The notes: generated by a model not told the origin, from the letters alone. A stretch of DNA of 64,000 nt from Spirochaetota bacterium (GCA_004297825.1 SCSX01000084.1:42862-106861); one strand, 5' to 3'. Counted from the stretch's first letter, positions 44,547-55,788 are shown. Translations and numbers: made by a program.

Positions 44547-45152
44547 TTACGCGTACTTTCTAAATACGCCTGCCAGCTTTCCCAAAATTTCCACTGTTTC
44601 CGGTATGATAGGTTTGTAAGCCTTATTTGCGGGCAGGAGTTGAATGGCGCCTGCCGTTTTTTTAAAAATTTTGAGTGTCGCCTCGTCTTCGAGGAGAGCA
44701 GCCACGATCTCCCCGTTCACCGCGGTATTCTGCTTCTTGATGATCGCGAAGTCGCCGTCGTGTATTCCTTCCTCGATCATCGAATCGCCCTTGATCTTGA
44801 GCGCGAAGAATTCCCCGGAGGTGAACATCGAGGCGGGAAAATCAAGGTATTGTTCGATATTTTCCTCCGCGATAATGGGCGAGCCGGCGGCGATCCGGCC
44901 AACGAGCGGTACCTGGATGGAATCTGGCACGATTACACGGGCCGGACCGGCAAGCTCGATTGCCCGGGACTTGTTCTGGGCGCAGTTGATGTATCCTTTC
45001 TTTTCGATGGCCTTGAGATGGTCATAGGCGCCTTTCACGGTTATGGAGAATCGGTCCCCGATCTCCCGTACCGTGGGAGGATACCCGGATTCCCTGATGC
45101 TCTGCTTAATAAAGGAAAGTATCTCGTCCTGGCGGTCGGTGAGCTCTTTCAT
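44547..45152 (-). CDS. lexA: LexA repressor
   Basis: 201 aa. N-terminal winged HTH. S24 peptidase domain with the Ala-Gly cleavage site (IAAGSP), catalytic Ser (KGDSM) and Lys. AGGAGGA RBS. Confidence 0.9.
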   Translation of the reverse strand: MKELTDRQDEILSFIKQSIRESGYPPTVREIGDRFSITVKGAYDHLKAIEKKGYINCAQNKSRAIELAGPARVIVPDSIQVPLVGRIAAGSPIIAEENIEQYLDFPASMFTSGEFFALKIKGDSMIEEGIHDGDFAIIKKQNTAVNGEIVAALLEDEATLKIFKKTAGAIQLLPANKAYKPIIPETVEILGKLAGVFRKYA

Positions 45153-45358
45153 GGGTATCCTCCTATAGTCTAACTAAACATTAAACTAGCATACACCGGT
45201 ATAGATGTCAAGCAATTATTTCTCCGGGTCCGTGATTTTTTAACCCGGTAGTAACCCGGCGCGATCAATTGAATAATTCTTGCGAAAAAAAACAGATTGT
45301 GCGTATCCTTATTCGCGGCAAGGAACCCTGCCTTAAAATACATTATCGAGGTGTTGGA

Positions 45359-46138
45359 ATGAGAAACAGGAAATTATTGTTTTTAATCGCGTCCTTCACG
45401 GTCTTCGCGTTCGTCGTTTCCTGCGGCGGCGTCAAGACGCTTCGTTCCATACCGCGGTCCGAACGCAAGGGACTGGCCGCCCTCAACTTCATGAACAACA
45501 CGCAAAAGAGCCGCGCCGAGGAATTCCAGCCCTGGGAGGTGGGCCTCTCGTCAATGCTCACGACCGACATCGAATCGATCGGGATGTTCAACATCATCTC
45601 CAAGGAACGCATGAAGGACGTGATGAAGGAGCAGGAGATCCAGATGACCGGTCTCGTCGAGGAAAAGGACATTGTCAAGGTGGGCAAACTGGTAGGCGCC
45701 AGCTACATTCTCGCGGGCTCCTTCACCGAGATGAACGGGATGATGCGCATCGAATCGCAGGTGTACTCGGTGGAAAAGGGCATACAGCTTGGAACGGCTG
45801 CCGTGACCGGAAAGACGGGCGATTTCTTCGAGCTGGAGAAGCAGCTGGTCACGAAGGTCACCGATTTCCTCAACGTGATACTTACGGAAAGCGAACAGGT
45901 CATCATCAAGGCCAAGGTCGAGACGAAATCGGTCGAGGCCTCCCTCTCCAACTACAAGGGGGAGATTGAGCTCATGAAGGCGAAGGAGCTTGAGGACACA
46001 GGAAAAAAGGACGAGGCACTGAAACTCAAACAGGTGGCGAAGGAGGAGTTCCAGAAGGCCCTCAAGGAAGACCCCAACTATGAAAAGGCGAAGCAAAACC
46101 TCGCCAAGATCGTGAGCGCGATACCCGTTACGCTGTAA
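45359..46138 (+). CDS. CsgG-like outer-membrane lipoprotein with coiled-coil C-terminus
   Basis: Lipobox FVVSCGG. CsgG-like core (AALNFMN..WEVGLSSMLTTDIESIGMFNIISKERMKDVMKEQEIQMTG..GKLVGASYILAGSFTE). Confidence 0.55.
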   Translation: MRNRKLLFLIASFTVFAFVVSCGGVKTLRSIPRSERKGLAALNFMNNTQKSRAEEFQPWEVGLSSMLTTDIESIGMFNIISKERMKDVMKEQEIQMTGLVEEKDIVKVGKLVGASYILAGSFTEMNGMMRIESQVYSVEKGIQLGTAAVTGKTGDFFELEKQLVTKVTDFLNVILTESEQVIIKAKVETKSVEASLSNYKGEIELMKAKELEDTGKKDEALKLKQVAKEEFQKALKEDPNYEKAKQNLAKIVSAIPVTL

Positions 46139-46305
46139 CCGGTCCGGTCACATCCCGGCGTCCGGACCCCGTGGCGGTGCGCCGGGAAAAACCTGCTTCG
46201 CTGAATTTTGTATCCCTTCCATGAAACCGGCAATTCCCTGCTGGTGAAACCGGCCGGTGTGGTCGATAATCAAACGAGGGCGCGGGTCACACGAGCGGCG
46301 CGCGG

Positions 46306-46320
46306 GCGATTAATCTTGAC
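46306..46320 (+). promoter_or_regulatory. Conserved 15-mer GCGATTAATCTTGAC (TTGAC -35-like) upstream of the DJ-1 gene
   Basis: Identical 15-mer at 59539-59553 upstream of the MCP gene. Both copies are followed at the same offset (+17) by CCCAC/CCCCA. Confidence 0.3.
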
Positions 46321-46377
46321 TTTTGGCATTTTTGAGCCCACACTATAGCACTTATCGCATTATTCCGGGGGAAAGCC

Positions 46378-46929
46378 ATGAAAATAGTGGTGCCGCTGGC
46401 CGAGGGCTTCGAGGAGATTGAGGGAGTGACCATTATCGACGTGCTGCGCAGGGCCGGGCTCGACGTCACCACAGCGCACGTGGGAAGCAACCCGGTGAAA
46501 GGCTCCCACGGAATTTCCGTTACGGCCGACAGGCCGTTGTCCGAGCTCAAGGCGGTCGACTTCAATTGCATCGTACTCCCGGGCGGAATGCCGGGAAGCG
46601 AGAATCTCAGGAAGAGCGATACGGTCATTTCTTTCATCAAGCATATATTCTCGAAGGGCGGAATAACAGCGGCCGTGTGCGCGGCCCCGATCGTGCTCGC
46701 CCGCGCGGGGGTGCTGTACGGAAAGAGGGCGACGTGCTTCCCCGGTTACGAGGCGGAGTGCGAGGGCGCGACCATGACGGGGGCCCCGGTCGAGCACGAC
46801 GGTACCGTGATCACCGGGTGCGGGGCGGGCTGCGCGCTTCCCTTCGCGCTCGAGGTGGCGGGGGCGCTCGCGGGCGAAGCCGTAAAGAAAGAATTGATCG
46901 GCAGAATGCGCGTGTACTGGATGGAGTGA
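46378..46929 (+). CDS. DJ-1/PfpI (ThiJ) family protein
   Basis: 183 aa. Nucleophile elbow AAVCAAP. Confidence 0.8.
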   Translation: MKIVVPLAEGFEEIEGVTIIDVLRRAGLDVTTAHVGSNPVKGSHGISVTADRPLSELKAVDFNCIVLPGGMPGSENLRKSDTVISFIKHIFSKGGITAAVCAAPIVLARAGVLYGKRATCFPGYEAECEGATMTGAPVEHDGTVITGCGAGCALPFALEVAGALAGEAVKKELIGRMRVYWME

Positions 46930-46932
46930 GCC

Positions 46933-48414
46933 GTGGCGGTTGTAGAATCGAAAAAAAGCGTTTTCAGGGCGGGGGCGTACGTCTACATCGAGGGTGATGA
47001 AGACAGCGATGAGATATTCATCGTGGAACGGGGCGAAATCGAGCTCAAGACCGCCGGCGAAAAGATAAAAAAATTCAACAGCGTCATCCGCCCGGGCGAG
47101 GTGTTCGGCTTCACTACCGCCCTGTGCCGGCGGCCGCGCATGGATTCGGCCAGGGCGCGGCGCGATTCGATCGTCATTGCCATACAGCGCGACAAGTTCA
47201 TCGAGATGGTCCAGAGCAATCCCCCCGTCGCGCTTAAAATCGTGAATTACTTCGCAGGGGAACTGAGGGCGTACAACGAGATGATGTTCTCGCTGGACGA
47301 CGAGGACCGCGACATCCTTCCCGACGAGACCCGCCTCTTCAACCTGTGCGAGTACTACTACGACAAAGCGGCCTACCAGTATGCGCAGTATTCCTGCCAG
47401 CGCTACCTTGAGCTTCACCCGGACGCGCCCAACTCCGCGTCGGCGCGCACGATGATCAAGCAGATCGAGCAGGTGGACAACCGCATGATGCTGGAGCCGG
47501 TGAAGACCGGCATCTACAAGCTCTACGCCGACAGGCAGATGATCTTCTCCGAGTACGAGCAGGGGAACGAGCTTTATATTATTAAAGAGGGGAAGGTCAA
47601 GATCATCAAGGTGAGCAGCGACGAGGAGATCATGCTTTCCGTGCTCAAGGAAGGCGATATTTTCGGCGAGCTTGCGATAGTCTCCAACAAGCCGCGCAAC
47701 GCCTCCGCGATCGCGTGGGGGAAGACGACCCTGCTTCCCATAGCCAAGGAGACCCTCCCCGTACTTTTAAAGAAATCACCCGGGATGATCAACCGCATCT
47801 TCATGGCGATCAGCCAGCGAATCTGGTTCACCTACATACGGCTCGAATCGCGGGTATACTCGAAGCCCGTCACGCGCGTCTACGTATTCCTGGAAAACAA
47901 GCTTCTCGAGGAACACCACTCGCTCAAGGACACCCAGCCCGTCACGCTCAACTTCGGGATCGACGAACTTTTCCGCATGATGGGGATTTCCCCTTCCAAT
48001 CCGGGGCCGGTCGTGAACCTGCTTATGGACGACAACAACCTGAATTTCAATTTCGGACAGATCACCATAGAGAACCCGACCGTGCTTTCCATGAAGGCGA
48101 AATTCCTGCGCTCCCGCGACCATATCGTCACGGGCGATGAGGGAGAGGAGCAGCCCAGGAACCAGCGCGCCCGCACCGAGCAATCCTCGTCAGGCGCGAT
48201 GGAATCGGAGGGACTCGAAGCGACGTATGATGAGATCCTTCCGCCCGAGAAGCCCGCGAAAAGCACGCCTACCCCGCGCCCCGAACCGGTCGCGGAATTC
48301 GAACAGGAAGAGGATAAAAAGCCTGCTCCCGCGAAGAAGGAACAGGCTCCGCCGACCGGGGAAGCCGGAGACGAGCTTAAGCTTGTTTCGGATGAGATTT
48401 CTTTTGATATGTAA
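46933..48414 (+). CDS. Protein with two cyclic-nucleotide-binding (cNMP/CAP-effector) domains and an acidic Pro-rich tail
   Basis: GTG start 3 nt after the DJ-1 stop. Two cNMP-binding beta-barrels (..GEVFGF.., ..GDIFGELAI..). Low-complexity C-terminal ~80 aa. Confidence 0.65.
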   Translation: MAVVESKKSVFRAGAYVYIEGDEDSDEIFIVERGEIELKTAGEKIKKFNSVIRPGEVFGFTTALCRRPRMDSARARRDSIVIAIQRDKFIEMVQSNPPVALKIVNYFAGELRAYNEMMFSLDDEDRDILPDETRLFNLCEYYYDKAAYQYAQYSCQRYLELHPDAPNSASARTMIKQIEQVDNRMMLEPVKTGIYKLYADRQMIFSEYEQGNELYIIKEGKVKIIKVSSDEEIMLSVLKEGDIFGELAIVSNKPRNASAIAWGKTTLLPIAKETLPVLLKKSPGMINRIFMAISQRIWFTYIRLESRVYSKPVTRVYVFLENKLLEEHHSLKDTQPVTLNFGIDELFRMMGISPSNPGPVVNLLMDDNNLNFNFGQITIENPTVLSMKAKFLRSRDHIVTGDEGEEQPRNQRARTEQSSSGAMESEGLEATYDEILPPEKPAKSTPTPRPEPVAEFEQEEDKKPAPAKKEQAPPTGEAGDELKLVSDEISFDM

Positions 48415-48429
48415 AAGGCCGTAATGAGG

Positions 48430-48774
48430 TCAGCGGGTCGGGGAAGAGAGCACGGTGATGTTCCTGATCATGCGCACGGTTCGGGAGTGCTTCCCGTCCG
48501 CGGTTTCGAGCTTTGTTTCGGTCATGTCCGCTTCGATTGCGATTAAGCCACCCTGCCGCGCCGAAAGCTGTTTCGCTTCCACGGGCGCCACTTCGTAGCT
48601 CGCGCCGTTCTCCGCCCTGAAAACGAGCTTCGCGAAGGGGGCGTTGCCCGCCATTGCAAAATGTCCCTTCAGTGAAACGCGCTCGCTGCCGGCCGGTTGC
48701 GCCGAGCAGCACGCGAGAATTAACGGCACGAGAAGCGCAAGCGCCGATATCAGCTTTGTTCCATGAAGGCGCAT
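48430..48774 (-). CDS. Hypothetical lipoprotein
   Basis: Signal peptide with a Cys lipobox (LILACCS). Confidence 0.4.
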   Translation of the reverse strand: MRLHGTKLISALALLVPLILACCSAQPAGSERVSLKGHFAMAGNAPFAKLVFRAENGASYEVAPVEAKQLSARQGGLIAIEADMTETKLETADGKHSRTVRMIRNITVLSSPTR

Positions 48775-48778
48775 CAGG

Positions 48779-50245
48779 TTATTTCTCCGGTTCCTCTTCG
48801 GGGGAGGAATCTTCGTCGGCGAGCGGTGCGAAGAATAATGCGGGCCGGCGCGAATGCGGCGGAAGAAGATCGATCTTCCGGGGCTGTGCCGATATCGTGA
48901 ACAGCCGGTCTCCAGCGAATTCTATGGCCTGTGCGCTTTCAATAAGTGAATCCTCTGAAAACACGATCGGCATGGACGATGTGCCGGAGGTTGCGGTTTC
49001 AGGGTAATAATTCCGATACGCGGCGACAAAACGGTAGCTTGCCGGGATATTGTCAGATACATTGAAATCTTCCCCTGTTCCGGCTGCGCCGACACCAAGA
49101 TAAATGAAACCAGCAACTGCGCTACCTGAAGAAAATACACCCGCATTCTGTTTAATAGCGCCCGCTCCGCTTAACAGCCCACTTGCGCCGGAGGGCAGGC
49201 TTTGATTGATTCCACTCAATCTTCCATTGTATGAATAGAGTGTCCCTGCAACCCCGCTATTCGTCGCATACCACCGGAGTACCAGCCTGTTGAATCGTTC
49301 CTGATTGGTGGTCCCCCATGATGAACCCCCGAGCGTAGCGTCCTGGCCCATTGCGGTTTCAATTGCCCGGTAATCGACGTATTGATTATTGTATATCGCC
49401 TTGTAAATGTCATCGCCGCCGGCTGATTGCGCGTTCAGGAATTGAAAGAAGAGATAAGATTTGTCGTAGTTAGGAAGCGAATTGTCATAATCCCAATAAA
49501 AGAGGGGATGCCTGTTGATCGGGTGCGCCACGGTATCATAAGCGTTGTATTCGCCGATCCTGTCCGTCAAGGGCCCATAGCACAAATGGTTCGCCGCCTC
49601 CGCGAGTCCCTCGTCGATCCATGTGTCCATGAGGTCGGTTTTGTTGGCGTATGCATTCGCGAAGTTCACCATGTGCTGAAATTCATGCGCGATCGTGCCC
49701 TTCGCCTCGGTTTCAATGTCCTGCGGGTCGCAGTCGATGTACATGATCTCGCCCTGGTTCGAATGCATGGCGGGGTAGGCCTGCTGGACCGATTTATTGC
49801 TGTACTCGTCAATGCTGAAAAAATATCCGCCGATATACGAGCTGCTCAACATATAATAGTTCTCATCCCGGATATTATAAATCAGGAGCTTCATCTTGCC
49901 GTTGTGGTCGACGTCCATGGGTTCCGCGAAATAGGTCGTGACCTTGTCGTAGATATTATTCTCAAACTCATCCGCGAGCGCCTGAGCTTCGCTCATGCTT
50001 ACACCGTTGACGCCGATCATTTCCTCGGTAACGTTCGTATCGACGAGCACAATCGCATGTGCGGTCTCCGCGTATTTTTCCGTAGTTATCGTGTACCAGG
50101 CGTTCGGATCGGTGTCGTAAGACATGGTCGTATCGAACACCCAGTAGACATTGTCGTCACCCTTGGAGGATTCCGGCTGGCAGGAAGCGAACAGCAGGGT
50201 TGCGGCAGAGAGCACTATGATCATTCGATGGGCGAATCGGCGCAT
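48779..50245 (-). CDS. Putative secreted zinc metalloprotease lipoprotein (HExxH)
   Basis: Lipobox LLFASCQ. HEFQHM zinc-binding motif with downstream E (DEGLAEA). Family not assigned. Confidence 0.5.
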   Translation of the reverse strand: MRRFAHRMIIVLSAATLLFASCQPESSKGDDNVYWVFDTTMSYDTDPNAWYTITTEKYAETAHAIVLVDTNVTEEMIGVNGVSMSEAQALADEFENNIYDKVTTYFAEPMDVDHNGKMKLLIYNIRDENYYMLSSSYIGGYFFSIDEYSNKSVQQAYPAMHSNQGEIMYIDCDPQDIETEAKGTIAHEFQHMVNFANAYANKTDLMDTWIDEGLAEAANHLCYGPLTDRIGEYNAYDTVAHPINRHPLFYWDYDNSLPNYDKSYLFFQFLNAQSAGGDDIYKAIYNNQYVDYRAIETAMGQDATLGGSSWGTTNQERFNRLVLRWYATNSGVAGTLYSYNGRLSGINQSLPSGASGLLSGAGAIKQNAGVFSSGSAVAGFIYLGVGAAGTGEDFNVSDNIPASYRFVAAYRNYYPETATSGTSSMPIVFSEDSLIESAQAIEFAGDRLFTISAQPRKIDLLPPHSRRPALFFAPLADEDSSPEEEPEK

Positions 50246-50355
50246 AAATCTTTTCCTCTTTACTTGGCCATAAACCACGCGGGGCAGCCATACAGCCGCC
50301 CTGAGCGTATATAACAGTATACAGTGAAAACTGGCAAAGAGGTAATTATTTCCCT

Positions 50356-51324
50356 CTACCGCATAATCGCATTCGGATCAACCGCGGTCCCGCCCTTGCG
50401 GATCTCGAAGTGCAGGTGCGGGCCTGTCGAATAGCCCGTCGTGTCGACCATGCCGATCTGCTCGCCCTTGGCGACCTTCTGCCCCGGTTTCACGATGTAC
50501 TTCTGGAGGTGGCCGTACAGCGATGTCACGTCCTTGTCATGCTGGATTATGATCATGTTGCCGTAGCCATACTGGTTGAACTCCGCCTGCAGCACCTCGC
50601 CCGCGGCGGTCGCGGTGACCTTGGTGCCGTTCGGGGCCGCGATATCGATCCCCGAGTGGAAGCTGTCGGCCTTTTTCGAAATGGGGTCCACGCGGTAGCC
50701 AAACGCGCTCGACTGGAATCCTGTGGTGGGCACCGCGTAATCGCCGGCGGTCACCTTGGTCCCGGCGGCGGGCTTGCCCGTCTCCTTGGGTTTTTCCGCG
50801 GGCTTCTCCTTGGATAGAAAGGCCCCGAACACCCACCCCTCGTCCTCGTTATCGTTGGCCCGGCGTACCATGTACCACGGCGCCGTCGCCCCGTCGATCG
50901 TCTCGGTATCGGTGGACTGGACGATCACCTCCACCTGCTCGGCGAAATCGAACATGCCGATTATCTTGCCGCTGGTGCTTCCGTCGGTGCGGAAGCGCAC
51001 CTTCTCGTCGTTGACGAACGCGAACACGCGCGGGGGCACGACCTGGTTGGAGTGCACGTCCTCGGTCTTGGATATGTCGGTCACGTCGTCGATGTTTATC
51101 GGCGCATCGACCTTGACCTTGGTCTTCTTGAGCCTTCCGTTTATCTGTTTGATGTATTCGCGCATCTTGCGGAGGATCGCCTCCTTGCGCTCGATGTCCG
51201 ATGCATACTGCTGCTTCACCATGGATTTCCCGGCCTTTTTCTGCTGCTCATACGCGTCGTCGGAGAGGCCGGGGAGCGTGGCGCAGAACAGTATGGTGAC
51301 GGCGGCCAGTATTATCCTCTTCAT
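50356..51324 (-). CDS. M23-family peptidase (LytM domain) with N-terminal SH3-like/secreted region
   Basis: Signal peptide. C-terminal M23 motifs HSGIDIAAPNGTKV .. GYSTGPHLHFEIR. Confidence 0.8.
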   Translation of the reverse strand: MKRIILAAVTILFCATLPGLSDDAYEQQKKAGKSMVKQQYASDIERKEAILRKMREYIKQINGRLKKTKVKVDAPINIDDVTDISKTEDVHSNQVVPPRVFAFVNDEKVRFRTDGSTSGKIIGMFDFAEQVEVIVQSTDTETIDGATAPWYMVRRANDNEDEGWVFGAFLSKEKPAEKPKETGKPAAGTKVTAGDYAVPTTGFQSSAFGYRVDPISKKADSFHSGIDIAAPNGTKVTATAAGEVLQAEFNQYGYGNMIIIQHDKDVTSLYGHLQKYIVKPGQKVAKGEQIGMVDTTGYSTGPHLHFEIRKGGTAVDPNAIMR

Positions 51325-51490
51325 GGTGTTCCTCCTGGATGCGTAAATTATTTGACGCCCGCGTGGAAGGGCGTACTATGCTGTAGTTCGAGCCGGGTAT
51401 CGGGCTATCTGTTTTCTCCGGACTTCATGAAGCCGAAATGTATCGCAGGCGAAAAACATTGTCAACCTTTTCCGACAGGCGGGTAATCCC

Positions 51491-53893
51491 TTGAAAACGC
51501 GCGTGGTACTCCTCCTGGAGCAGGGGATCGGCTGCGCCGGCGATATCCAGGCGATCCTTGCGGCATGGTCCGATATCGCGGTCATCCGGGTCGGGAGCGT
51601 CGAGGAGGCAACGACGGCGGCGCGGGGGACCGATATCGGCCTCCTGGTGGCGCCCGCTTCCCTGCCGGACGGGATGACCGGTTGCCGGCTCGCGTCTCAT
51701 CTCGGGGGAGGGCAACCGCTTCCCGCCATTCTCATCGCCGGTGAGGCGGATGATGACGCCCGCGGCGGCGCCGATGCGCCCTGCGAAACGATTCCGGGCT
51801 GCCCGCTCGACGAGGACAGGTTCCGCCGGGCGCTCGATTCCGCCCTCGCGCACGATACCCCCCGCCGCGCGCCGGATCACGATCCGGAGATGCTGATCAA
51901 AACCGCCGAATCGAGCCCGTTCCCCGTCATCGTACTGGACCGGGAAGGCCTTGTCGTCCACGCCAATTATCTCGCCCGGCGCCTGCTCGAGCTTCCGCAT
52001 GACGGGCCAAAGGCGCGCCTTCATGAATCCCCCGGCTGGAAATTCATGGATTTCAACGGCAACCCGTTGGGCGACGAGATGCTGCCCTTCCTTGTCGCGG
52101 CGCGGGGCGTCCCGGTCTACGGCGCGCGGGTCGCGGTGGGAACCCCCGGGGGACGGCGACTCTTCCTGTCCGTGAATTGCCTGCCGTCGGATACCGCGGA
52201 GTGCGGCGCGGGGCGCGTGATGATGTCCCTGAACGATATCACCGAGTGGGTGCGCATCGACACCGTGATCAAACACCAGAACCAGCGGCTCGCGATGCAG
52301 AACCTGGAGCTGCAGACGGCCATGTACGAGCTCGACCGCAGGGAAAAGATGCTTGCGCTTTCGGAGGAGAAATTCGCGAAGGCTTTCAAGCTCAACCCCG
52401 TGATTATGACGATCACGAGGCTTTCGGACGGGCTGGTCGTGGAGGTGAACGACGCGTTTTGCGCACAGCTCGGATATTCGCGCGAGGGGGTCATCGGTAA
52501 GGACGCCCATGAGCTTGGGTTTCATGCGCTCACCCCCGGGCGTGAGTGGCTGGTCGATACGCTGAAAAACGGCGGAAGCGTTATCGAACAGGAGCTCCAT
52601 GTACGGGCGGCTGCCGGTGAGACGCACACGGGTATGTATTCGGCGTCGCTCATGGACATAGGGGGCGAGCCTCATATCGTGTCCATGTTCAGGGACATCA
52701 CCGCGCAGAAGGAGGCGGAGGCGAAGCTGGAGCGCGAGATGGCGATTCTCGAGGCGCTCACCCTGCTCTCCGGAACCCTCATCGCCCGCTCCTATACCAT
52801 TCCCGACGTCGCCGCCATGGTGCTCAGGAACGCGCGCTGGCTCACGCTCAGCGAGCACGGTTTCGTGTCCCAGACCGATCCCACGGGCGGAAAGTGTATC
52901 GGTCACGCGCTCGTCACCGGGATAGAGGGCGGATGCGGCGTCGCGGAGGGGGCAAGGGCGTTCGAGTTCTGCCCCGGGCCCGACGGGACCTATGCGGGAC
53001 TGTGGGGACACGCGCTGAACACGGGAAAGGCGTTTTTTACGAACGATCCGGCCGGGCATCCCGCGCGCGGCGCCTGTCCCCCGGGGCACGTGCCTGTCGG
53101 GAATTTCATGGGCGTACCGGTGATGCTGGGCGACGAGATCCTTGGGGAAATCGCGCTCGCGAACTCGACACGCGGATACACCACGGACGATCTCGAGGCG
53201 GTCAAACGGCTCGCGCAGCTTTACGCGTTCGCCATTCACCGGCTGCGCGCGGAAGAGCGCGTCACGAGCTCATTGCGCGAGAAGGAGGTGCTCCTCAAGG
53301 AGGTTCACCACAGGGTGAAAAACAATCTCCAGATCATCCACAGCCTCTTCAGCCTGCAGGCGCGCACGAACAGGAACGCGGAAGTGACCGACGTGCTCCG
53401 TTCCTCGCAGAACCGCATCCGGACCATGTCGCTCATCCACGAGAAGCTGTATAAGTCGGGGGACTTCGCCCGCATCGACCTGTCGGATTACGTGAGGACC
53501 TTCGCCGGGGAGCTCCACGCCGCCCATTCGGGAATCGGCGCGCGCGTTTCGCTTAAAATCGACGCACTGCCCGTGAGCGTGGAGCTCGCCATCGCGATTC
53601 CCTGCGGGTTGATAATGAACGAGCTCATTTCGAACGCCTTCAAGCACGCGTTCCCCGAGGACTGGCCGGGTCAGGCCGAGATTCGCGTAGATCTGAAGAT
53701 GAACTCCGATGATATGATCGAGCTCACCGTCGCCGATAACGGGTGCGGCATGGCGCCGGGCATCGAATTCATGTCAACGGATACACTTGGGCTCAAGCTC
53801 GTGAGCATACTTGGCGAGGAGCAGCTCAAGGGAACGCTCGTTCTGGTCAGGGACAGCGGAACCGCGGTGACCCTTCGTTTCAAGGCGGACTGA
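51491..53893 (+). CDS. Multi-domain sensor histidine kinase (pseudo-receiver, PAS x2, GAF, HisKA_2/HWE-type kinase)
   Basis: 800 aa. H-box [18 protein letters not shown] typical of HisKA_2. PAS and GAF folds. HATPase C-terminus (DNGCGM). Confidence 0.75.
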   Translation: MKTRVVLLLEQGIGCAGDIQAILAAWSDIAVIRVGSVEEATTAARGTDIGLLVAPASLPDGMTGCRLASHLGGGQPLPAILIAGEADDDARGGADAPCETIPGCPLDEDRFRRALDSALAHDTPRRAPDHDPEMLIKTAESSPFPVIVLDREGLVVHANYLARRLLELPHDGPKARLHESPGWKFMDFNGNPLGDEMLPFLVAARGVPVYGARVAVGTPGGRRLFLSVNCLPSDTAECGAGRVMMSLNDITEWVRIDTVIKHQNQRLAMQNLELQTAMYELDRREKMLALSEEKFAKAFKLNPVIMTITRLSDGLVVEVNDAFCAQLGYSREGVIGKDAHELGFHALTPGREWLVDTLKNGGSVIEQELHVRAAAGETHTGMYSASLMDIGGEPHIVSMFRDITAQKEAEAKLEREMAILEALTLLSGTLIARSYTIPDVAAMVLRNARWLTLSEHGFVSQTDPTGGKCIGHALVTGIEGGCGVAEGARAFEFCPGPDGTYAGLWGHALNTGKAFFTNDPAGHPARGACPPGHVPVGNFMGVPVMLGDEILGEIALANSTRGYTTDDLEAVKRLAQLYAFAIHRLRAEERVTSSLREKEVLLKEVHHRVKNNLQIIHSLFSLQARTNRNAEVTDVLRSSQNRIRTMSLIHEKLYKSGDFARIDLSDYVRTFAGELHAAHSGIGARVSLKIDALPVSVELAIAIPCGLIMNELISNAFKHAFPEDWPGQAEIRVDLKMNSDDMIELTVADNGCGMAPGIEFMSTDTLGLKLVSILGEEQLKGTLVLVRDSGTAVTLRFKAD

Positions 53894-53901
53894 CGCGAAG
53901 G

Positions 53902-54426
53902 CTAATCCTTCCCGGAACATTCCTTCCTGCGATCGAGGTATTCGGTGAGCGATACCTGCTTCAGGTAGCATTCGTCCCGCACGTAGCGCAGTATGGGGAT
54001 GAACATTTTGGGCTGTACGTACCCGGGGACCAGGGTTATGAGCTCGCCCTTCTTGTCCATGAACGCGACGGTCGGCAGTCCCTGTACCCCCATCATGGAC
54101 GCGAACGCGGAGGGCGCAAAATTCCTGTTTTTCGCCTTGATCCTGTCGGTCGATTCGACGTCCACGCGCACCGGTATAAAATTCCCGGCAATCATCGCCG
54201 CCGTCTCGTCGTCCCCGAAGGTCTCCCTGTCCATGACCGTGCACCAGTGGCACCACGAGGCGTAGAAGTCGATTATCATCGGCTTCCCTTCAGTGCGCGC
54301 CCTATCGGCCCCCTCGTTATACGACATCCATTTGACCTTCGAGTCCGTGCCCGCGTCCTTCCCGCAGCTCCCGGCGCCGGCTGTCACGAAGAGCAGCGCG
54401 GCCAGCGCAATCAATGTTCTTTTCAT
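53902..54426 (-). CDS. Thioredoxin-fold lipoprotein (thiol:disulfide oxidoreductase-like)
   Basis: Lipobox AGSCG. WCHWC active-site variant. Confidence 0.65.
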   Translation of the reverse strand: MKRTLIALAALLFVTAGAGSCGKDAGTDSKVKWMSYNEGADRARTEGKPMIIDFYASWCHWCTVMDRETFGDDETAAMIAGNFIPVRVDVESTDRIKAKNRNFAPSAFASMMGVQGLPTVAFMDKKGELITLVPGYVQPKMFIPILRYVRDECYLKQVSLTEYLDRRKECSGKD

Positions 54427-54675
54427 CGGGTGATCCCCCGTGTTGAATGGAAAATATTTCAGTTGTTAAGAAAATAATGAAAATAAGCCCCGGAAGTCAA
54501 CAGCGATATTCCCCGGGCGGGCATAAATTACGGGAATGATCTTTTTCTCCCTAAAATCATATTGACGAATCGCGCTGCCTGTGCAGACTGAGAACTACCA
54601 GCGGCAAAAACGCCCCCCGCCTCGCCGGCGACCGGGCGCACGCGCATATTTTACCCTACACGGAGACAGGTCCCT

Positions 54676-55788
54676 ATGGAGCATGATACGGCGTGGGTCA
54701 GTTTCGACGTCATGGAGCGATTCATGGCCGACGCATTAGTCGCGGCGGGCGTACCGCCGGAAGACGCTGCCGTATGCGCCGAGGTGCTCATCACCGCGGA
54801 CGCGCTGGGGATCGATTCCCACGGAGTAAACCGCCTTAAGCCCATTTACATCGACAGGATCAGGGCGGGCATCCTCAATCCGCGGACCACGTTCGAGATC
54901 GTCAGGGAAGGGCCCACGACCGCCGTCGTGGACGGCCACGACGGGATGGGGCACGTGATCGCGAAGCGTGCCATGCGCATGGCCATGGACAAGGCGCGCG
55001 AGTTCGGTATGGGCATGGTTGCGGTAAGGAATTCGTCGCACTACGGCATCGCCGGCTACTACGCGCTCATGGCGGTCAAGGAGGACATGATCGGGATCAC
55101 CGGTACGAACGCGCGTCCCTCCATCGCCCCGACCTTCGGCGTGGAGAACATGCTGGGCACGAACCCGCTCACCTTCGGCATACCGTCGGACGAGGACTTC
55201 CCCTTCCTGCTGGACTGCGCCACCTCCGTGAGCCAGCGCGGGAAGATAGAGGTATACGGCCGGCAGGGGAAGGACGTGCCCCCCGGCTGGGTCATAGACG
55301 AGAAGGGCGAGACCCGGACCGATACGCACGGCATCCTGGACGACCTCACGAAGGGCGCGGCGGCGCTGGCACCGTTAGGCGGTATTGGAGAGGAGGGCGG
55401 CGGCTACAAGGGCTACGGGTACGCGACCGTGGTGGAGATACTTTCCGCTGCCTTGCAGGGCGGGCCGTTTTTGAAGATGCTCACCGGGCTCCGCGAGGGG
55501 AAAAAGACCCCGTACAGCCTGGGCCATTTCTTCATCGCGATAAACGTATCGTCCTTCATCGAGCCCGCCGAGTTCAAGAAAACCACGGGCGACATACTCA
55601 GGGGGCTTCGCTCCTCGAGAAAAATGCCGGGCCAGGAGTGCATCTATACGGCAGGCGAGAAGGAGCACCAGGCCTGGCTCGAGCGCAAGGGCAGGGGCGT
55701 TCCCCTGGGCGAGGAGCTCCGGCGCGAGATCACCGGTCTGCGGAACGAGATGGGACTCACCGGCTACCGCTTTCCGTTCGAACAATAG
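54676..55788 (+). CDS. Ldh_2-family (malate/L-lactate/L-sulfolactate dehydrogenase-like) oxidoreductase
   Basis: 370 aa. Family signatures (GIDSHGVNRL, HDGMGHV, SHYGIAGYY). Confidence 0.7.
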   Translation: MEHDTAWVSFDVMERFMADALVAAGVPPEDAAVCAEVLITADALGIDSHGVNRLKPIYIDRIRAGILNPRTTFEIVREGPTTAVVDGHDGMGHVIAKRAMRMAMDKAREFGMGMVAVRNSSHYGIAGYYALMAVKEDMIGITGTNARPSIAPTFGVENMLGTNPLTFGIPSDEDFPFLLDCATSVSQRGKIEVYGRQGKDVPPGWVIDEKGETRTDTHGILDDLTKGAAALAPLGGIGEEGGGYKGYGYATVVEILSAALQGGPFLKMLTGLREGKKTPYSLGHFFIAINVSSFIEPAEFKKTTGDILRGLRSSRKMPGQECIYTAGEKEHQAWLERKGRGVPLGEELRREITGLRNEMGLTGYRFPFEQ

